Shown: in pieces, positions 25,701 through 32,349 of the stretch
Layout: every line of letters starts with the position of its first letter
Position numbering within the stretch: position 1 is the stretch's first letter
Source of the DNA: Octopus bimaculoides
Taxonomy: Eukaryota
Length of the DNA: 33,668 bases
Assembly: GCF_001194135.2 (NCBI RefSeq)
Contig: NC_068995.1
Span: forward strand, 10,524,946 to 10,558,613
Direction of reading: 5' to 3'
Notes under the pieces: generated by a model
What the model was told of the DNA's origin: nothing
Seen by the model: the letters and a program-made list of their open reading frames with translations, nothing else
Database searches by the model: none
Made by a program: the position numbers and the translations under genes

Positions 25701-27060
25701 ATTTTGCTACAAGGGCAGCCATTTCGAAGGAGATGGGGATGAGTCGATTATATCAACCCCAGTGTTTCATTGGTACTTAATTCATCAACCCCGAAAGGAC
25801 GAAAGGCAAAATCAACCTCAGCGGAATTTGAACACAGAAAGTAGTAGCAGACAAAATACCACTAAGCATTTNNNNNNNNNNNNNNNNNNNNNNNNNNNNN
25901 NNNNNNNNNNNNNNNNNNNNNNNNNNNNNNNNNNNNNNNNNNNNNNNNNNNNNNNNNNNNNNNNNNNNNNNNNNNNNNNNNNNNNNNNNNNNNNNNNNNN
26001 NNNNNNNNNNNNNNNNNNNNNNNNNNNNNNNNNNNNNNNNNNNNNNNNNNNNNNNNNNNNNNNNNNNNNNNNNNNNNNNNNNNNNNNNNNNNNNNNNNNN
26101 NNNNNNNNNNNNNNNNNNNNNNNNNNNNNNNNNNNNNNNNNNNNNNNNNNNNNNNNNNNNNNNNNNNNNNNNNNNNNNNNNNNNNNNNNNNNNNNNNNNN
26201 NNNNNNNNNNNNNNNNNNNNNNNNNNNNNNNNNNNNNNNNNNNNNNNNNNNNNNNNNNNNNNNNNNNNNNNNNNNNNNNNNNNNNNNNNNNNNNNNNNNN
26301 NNNNNNNNNNNNNNNNNNNNNNNNNNNNNNNNNNNNNNNNNNNNNNNNNNNNNNNNNNNNNNNNNNNNNNNNNNNAATTTGAACTCGAAACACAGAGCTA
26401 TAATTATAAACCCCAAGGAGTTTTGTCCAACACTAAACAATTCTGCCAACTGACCACCCTACATAATAATAATAATAATAATAATATTGGTTTCAAATTT
26501 TAGCACGAGGCCAGTGGTCTTGTGGGGAGGGGCTAAGTTGATTAAATTGACCCCAGTATGCAACTGGTACTTATTTTATCAACCCCACAAAAGGGTGAAA
26601 GGTAAAGTCGACCTCAGTGGAATTTGAACTCACAACATAATGACAGATAAAATGCTGCTAAGCATTTTCCCAATACGCTGATGGTTCTACCAGCTTGCTG
26701 CCTTCAATAACAATAATAATATTAAAATAATAATAATAATAATAATAATAATTCTTTTTTAAAAGCTTGAATATTCATCTTACCTTTTTCTCTGCACCTT
26801 TCTTCACCTCATACATGTGCATAACATCTTGTCTGTCGATCTTCTTCAACAGTTTCATGTGTCTCTTGTACTCTTCCAGTTCTTCAGTCTCGTCTATATA
26901 ATCAACCTGACAGTTCTTTGTGATCATATTGTCTGCAAAGTGAATATCATCATCGTCAACATTTAACTTTCACTTTCCATCCAGGCATGGCTAAGACAAA
27001 TTATGAATATTATTATTACAGAAATAAAAATGTATAGATATGTTTTTATCATCATCATCA

Positions 27061-27134
<74 letters not shown>

Positions 27135-27245
27135 NNNNNNNNNNNNNNNNNNNNNNNNNNNNNNNNNNNNNNNNNNNNNNNNNNNNNNNNNNNNNNNNNN
27201 NNNNNNNNNNNNNNNNNNNNNNNNNNNNNNNNNNNTGTAGAACGG

Positions 27246-27296
<51 letters not shown>

Positions 27297-27955
27297 GTTA
27301 AGGTGGCAAGCAGGGAGAATCATTTACGCACGGGGAAAAATACTTTGTGGCATTTCATCTGTTTTTACATTCTGAGTTCAAATTCCGCCAAGGTTGACTT
27401 TGCCTTCCATCCTTTCAGGGTCAACAAAATAAGTACCAGTTATGCACTGGGGTCGATGTAATTGACTATCTCTCTCCCACAAAATTTCAGGCCTTGTGCT
27501 TATCATACAAAGGATTATTATTATTATCATTATTATCATTATTATTATTGTTCAGTAGTTTTATTTTTATAACGTGCTTTCACTTCACTACCGAGCACAG
27601 CTCTGTGCGCCTTGGGTATGTGCTGTGGTTTGCTGTGGTGCTCTTATGGTTACTGTATTGAAAGTGTTTTGCGTAGGATGTGTGCTGTGCCCAGTAGTGC
27701 AATTTTCTGTATGTTATGTATATTTGTAAGTCTTGGTGTTTTTGTTATTATTATTATTACTATTATTATCATCATCATCAGTATTAAGAATAAAGAACTT
27801 ACCTTTTGCCATATTGAAAAGGAAAGTTGCTAAGTCTGTCTTTGTTAGAAAGACTAGATCGTTCATCTGAAAATGAGAACAAAACAGAGATGAATGATGC
27901 AAAACTGAGAAAAAAAGGGAGACAACAAAAAAAAAGTGACAACTATATATGCGTG

Positions 27956-27999
<44 letters not shown>

Positions 28000-30900
28000 A
28001 GAAAAGCCCCCTTTCAGTCATGAATGACCATGTGTACAAACTAACAATAATTGGTCCAGCAGTGGGTGGGAAACACACACACACTCACACATGTCAGGCT
28101 TCCTCATAGTTTTCATCTGTCGCTCATAAGGCTCTGGTCAGCCTGTGGCCATAGAGGTAGACATTTTTCCAGAGTGCTGTACAGTGGATCTGAACCTGAA
28201 ACAATGTGGTTACAAGGGAAGCTTCTTAATTACACAGCTATGCCTGGTTGCATGGCTCAGTGGTTAGAGCATTTGGCTAACAATCATGTGGTAGTGAGTT
28301 TGATTCCTAGACCGGGTTGTATGTTGTGTTATTGAAAGTTACCCTCCTAGTTACCCACCTAGGGTTGGCATGCTGGAAGGCATGGTTTTCTACAGCTGGA
28401 TGCCCTTCCTAATGCCAACCACACCGATAGAGTAATAAGTACTTTTATGTGTCACCGACACAGGTGCCAATTTGCGTGACACTGGTGTGCTTTTATGTGC
28501 CACCGACACAGGTGCAAATTTGCATGACACGGGGGTGCTTTAACATTCCACTGGTACAGGTGCCAATTTGTGTGACCCCAAGCACGACAATCAGAGTTCA
28601 AATTCTGCCAAGATTGACTTAGCCTTTCATCCTTTCAATAAAATAAATACCACCCAAATACTGGGGTCCAATCAAATCAACTAGCCCCTTCCCCAAAATC
28701 TCAAAGCCTTGGGCCTATAGTAACAAATGATTATTACTATTATTATCATTTAGTACGTCTTAATATTTCCAGCCTTACCTGCCAATGGATGTCCAGGATG
28801 TGGAGCAAGAAAGCTTGATAGCAATTGAATGCTTGGTTTTTTACACTGAAATATAATCAAAAATTGGTCATTAATCATTTGAACTAGTTTGTTGATGGTC
28901 CCACCACCTTAATTATCCTCTGTCTTAGGTAGAGGCAGAGGTATTGTTTTCAGTTGTATTTGTTTGTTTGTTTGTCCAGGGACAAGATATTTCAAGAACC
29001 ACTGAATGGATTCAGATGAAACTTTCAGAGATGTTTGGCCTCATGACTAGCATGAACTGATTAGATTTTGGGATCGATCCAGTATCGGACGAGCATTCTG
29101 GATTATTTTTCCAGTTTTTTTACTTTATTTTTGAGAGCGGTCAGGTTCATTTTTAGTATTCTTGTTTGTGAGAACAGTCAAATTTATTTCAGATATTCTC
29201 ATCTTAAAAATCATCTCTGGCTAATCGTTGAGAGGATGTTGGTGTTGCTTTGGCGGAGGTTTGGCTCTCTGAATGCTCTTGTTATTATTTATTATTATTT
29301 TTTTTATTATTATAATAAGGCGGCGAACTGGCAGAATTGTTAGCACACCAGGCAAAATGCTTAGTATTATTTCGTCTGCCACTATGTTCTGAGTTCAAAT
29401 ACTGCCAAAGTCGACTTTACCTTTCATCCTTTCGGGGTCGATTAAATAAGTATCAGTTACATACTAGGGTCAATGAAATAGATTTATCCCTTCCCCGCAA
29501 ATTTCAGGCCTTGAGCCTTTAGTAGAAAGGATTATTATTATTATTATTATTATTAACCATTACAATTTTTATATTCCAAATTCCTGCAATTTCAAATTTT
29601 AAAGGATTGTGTTCCTTTTTTTACGATTTCTTTACGATTCCTTACAATTTCTTTATCATCATCATCATCATTATATGCATGAATTAAAAGAATCAGTATC
29701 TAACTAAGTCACTTCACATTCCTTATTCTGTAGAATACGGAATGTGTGTGTGTGTGTGTGTTTTAAAATTCAACACTCACCGTGATAGTTTCTGCTTCTT
29801 GCAGACGTAGAAAGCCTCCAACAGCTTCTCAACAAGTTTGTAGAAAGCGTCTCGGATCTTGTTTTCAAGTTCTAAACCACAGCCGTCCAGTGCTTGACAA
29901 CAATGCAGCGAAGTCGTCTGATGAGACAGCAACTCTTGCAGGAACACAATTATTGGAATCTTCCAGAAAAAGAATATCAAGAAATAAAAAAACAAAATTT
30001 ATTGAATTTATTTGATTTATTTATTATTTTTTTTTAAATCCGAAGCCGAATCACAACGACATGACAAAAGCAAAGGAAAGGTTTATATACAAAGTCTTCA
30101 TTCTCAGACAACATGACGAATGAAGCTATAAACATCAGTGGTTCTCAGCAACAATACACACATCATGGAAAAAAACTACAACAACAACAACAGCAAGAAG
30201 ATGAAATGAGTGAGTACTTATGCAGATACTTATCATAATCATTATTTAACATCCATTTGTCCATGCTGGCATGGATTGGACAGCTTAGCAGGAGCTGGTC
30301 AACCAGAGAGATGCACGAGGCTTTGTCTGTTTTACACACTATACAGAGTGTACTGGGTGCTTTTTATGTGACACCAGCACAGGTGCTGCTAAGATAGTTC
30401 AAGCACATCATCATCGTTTAACGTCCGCTTTCCATGCTAGCATGGGTTGGACGATTTGATTGAGGACTGGTGAAACCGGATGGCAACACCAGGCTCCAAT
30501 CTAATTTGGCAGAGTTTCTACAGCTGGATGCCCTTCCTAACGCCAACCACTCAGAGAGTGTAGTGAGTGCTTTTACGTGTCACCCGCACGAAAACGGCCA
30601 CGCTCGAAATGGTGTCTTTTATGTGCCACCCGCACAAGAGCCAGTCCAGGGGCACTGGGTGCTCTTAATGTGGCACTGGCACAGGTGCTGTGGCGCTGGT
30701 ATGGGTCCTTCTTACATGGCACCAGCATGGGTGTTAAAAAGCAGCCAAATTTCCCTCAAATCACACACACCTCATGTGAAAAAGGAAAGACAAATTGTAT
30801 AATGCAGTCCCTGATATGCCAAATGAAGTGACAGTCACTGCTGAGAGCATTTTAATCAAAAGTCTGCTTAATCAGGATCAACCTGTGACTAAACAACATA

Positions 30901-31655
30901 ACAACATAACAACAATAACAACAACAGGCAGGCAGGTGTATATATGTCATTATCTCACCTGTAGAATATCACCTTGGTCGCTCATCTTCGTAATAAATTC
31001 ACAGATAAAGTTGTAGATATCCCCCAATACTTGGGCATATTCCGACCGTTCCTTCAACATTTTCTTCACCCTAATTACAAAAGAATGGAGCAGAAACAGA
31101 ATTCCGTTATTTTCATTGACAGAAGCAACAGTAACAGTCATTCGTGGTTGGCCACAGATGGCTGACTCTTCTCACTGGCAATGTCATTAATTTTATATTC
31201 TAGCAGATAATACCAAAATTAAATTTTCAAAAAAAAGAAATAATTTTAAACACAATTATATACACCCACACAGTTATTTACACTCATAGACAGGCTATAT
31301 GCATTTATACATGCAGTTATATATATACACATACGAAGTTATAGAGAACATATATGCAGTGATTTTCACTTAGATACAGCTATATACATTTGATAACCCA
31401 TCAAGCTGAGCAAAATCGCAGTCGTGGCAGATACTAGTGTCATGCAGATCGGCATCTGTGCCAGTGGCACATAAACACACTTCGGTGCCATGCAAATGGC
31501 ACCTGTGCTGGGGAGAATCATTCTTAGATGGAGTCACTGCTATAACCGATTATAGCAGTGACTCCATCTAAGAATATCTGAAGAAGGAATTTTATTCCGA
31601 AATATCATCAGACTATAGATAACTAAATTACAACAGGTATATAGTCCATATATAC

Positions 31656-31690
<35 letters not shown>

Positions 31691-32310
31691 ATATATACCT
31701 TGTATTATAGTGCATTGTTGTACCATTCAAAACTTTCTATTCTTTACAAACAATACACAATGCTTCAAGTGAACTACAATACTCTCCCATATCTAGTTTC
31801 TTCAGGTTTTCCATCATAATAGATACATCCAAACACCGTTATATAGACATTTATACATACAGTTATATATGCAGTTGCTTACAGTCAAAGTCCCAGTTAT
31901 CTGCATTCGTATATGCAGTTATGTACATCCCTACATACAGTTATATAAATTCATGCAGAATTATTTACACACACGGACACATAGTTATATACACCAGTTG
32001 TTATATACACACATACATCAATACTGACAATATAATTTCTAACATCACCTCCAATCCCCATCACAATATAGGATCAGTGTTTGATTTAAAATGGAGGGCA
32101 AGTTTAGAGAGAATTTTACCAGGAATGTGGCTCTCCAAGATCCAGTCTTTGGAATCACTTAAAGAACCATATTCCTAGCAGCGTTAATTTATAGAGTTGA
32201 GGGAAGACTTGGTCCTTGCATTTCATGCCTTGCGTGGAAAACAGAAAGAAGACCAGATGACAACAACAATAATGATGATGATGGTGACGATGGTGATGAT
32301 GATGATGACA

Positions 32311-32349
<39 letters not shown>

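Noticed and set aside
23864-26449. Long ORFs of 190-404 aa
   Set aside because: They consist of X from N gaps plus SINE sequence.
31071-31200. Upstream extension of w3 (ORF 30950-31141) or an acceptor at 31200
   Set aside because: Both upstream AGs give stops in the required phase; 31071 has a strong pyrimidine tract.
32065-32174. Exon-like open segment EYGSLSDSKDWILESHIP...
   Set aside because: w2 ends in phase 2 and splices cleanly to w3; inserting this segment gives TAA after four codons.
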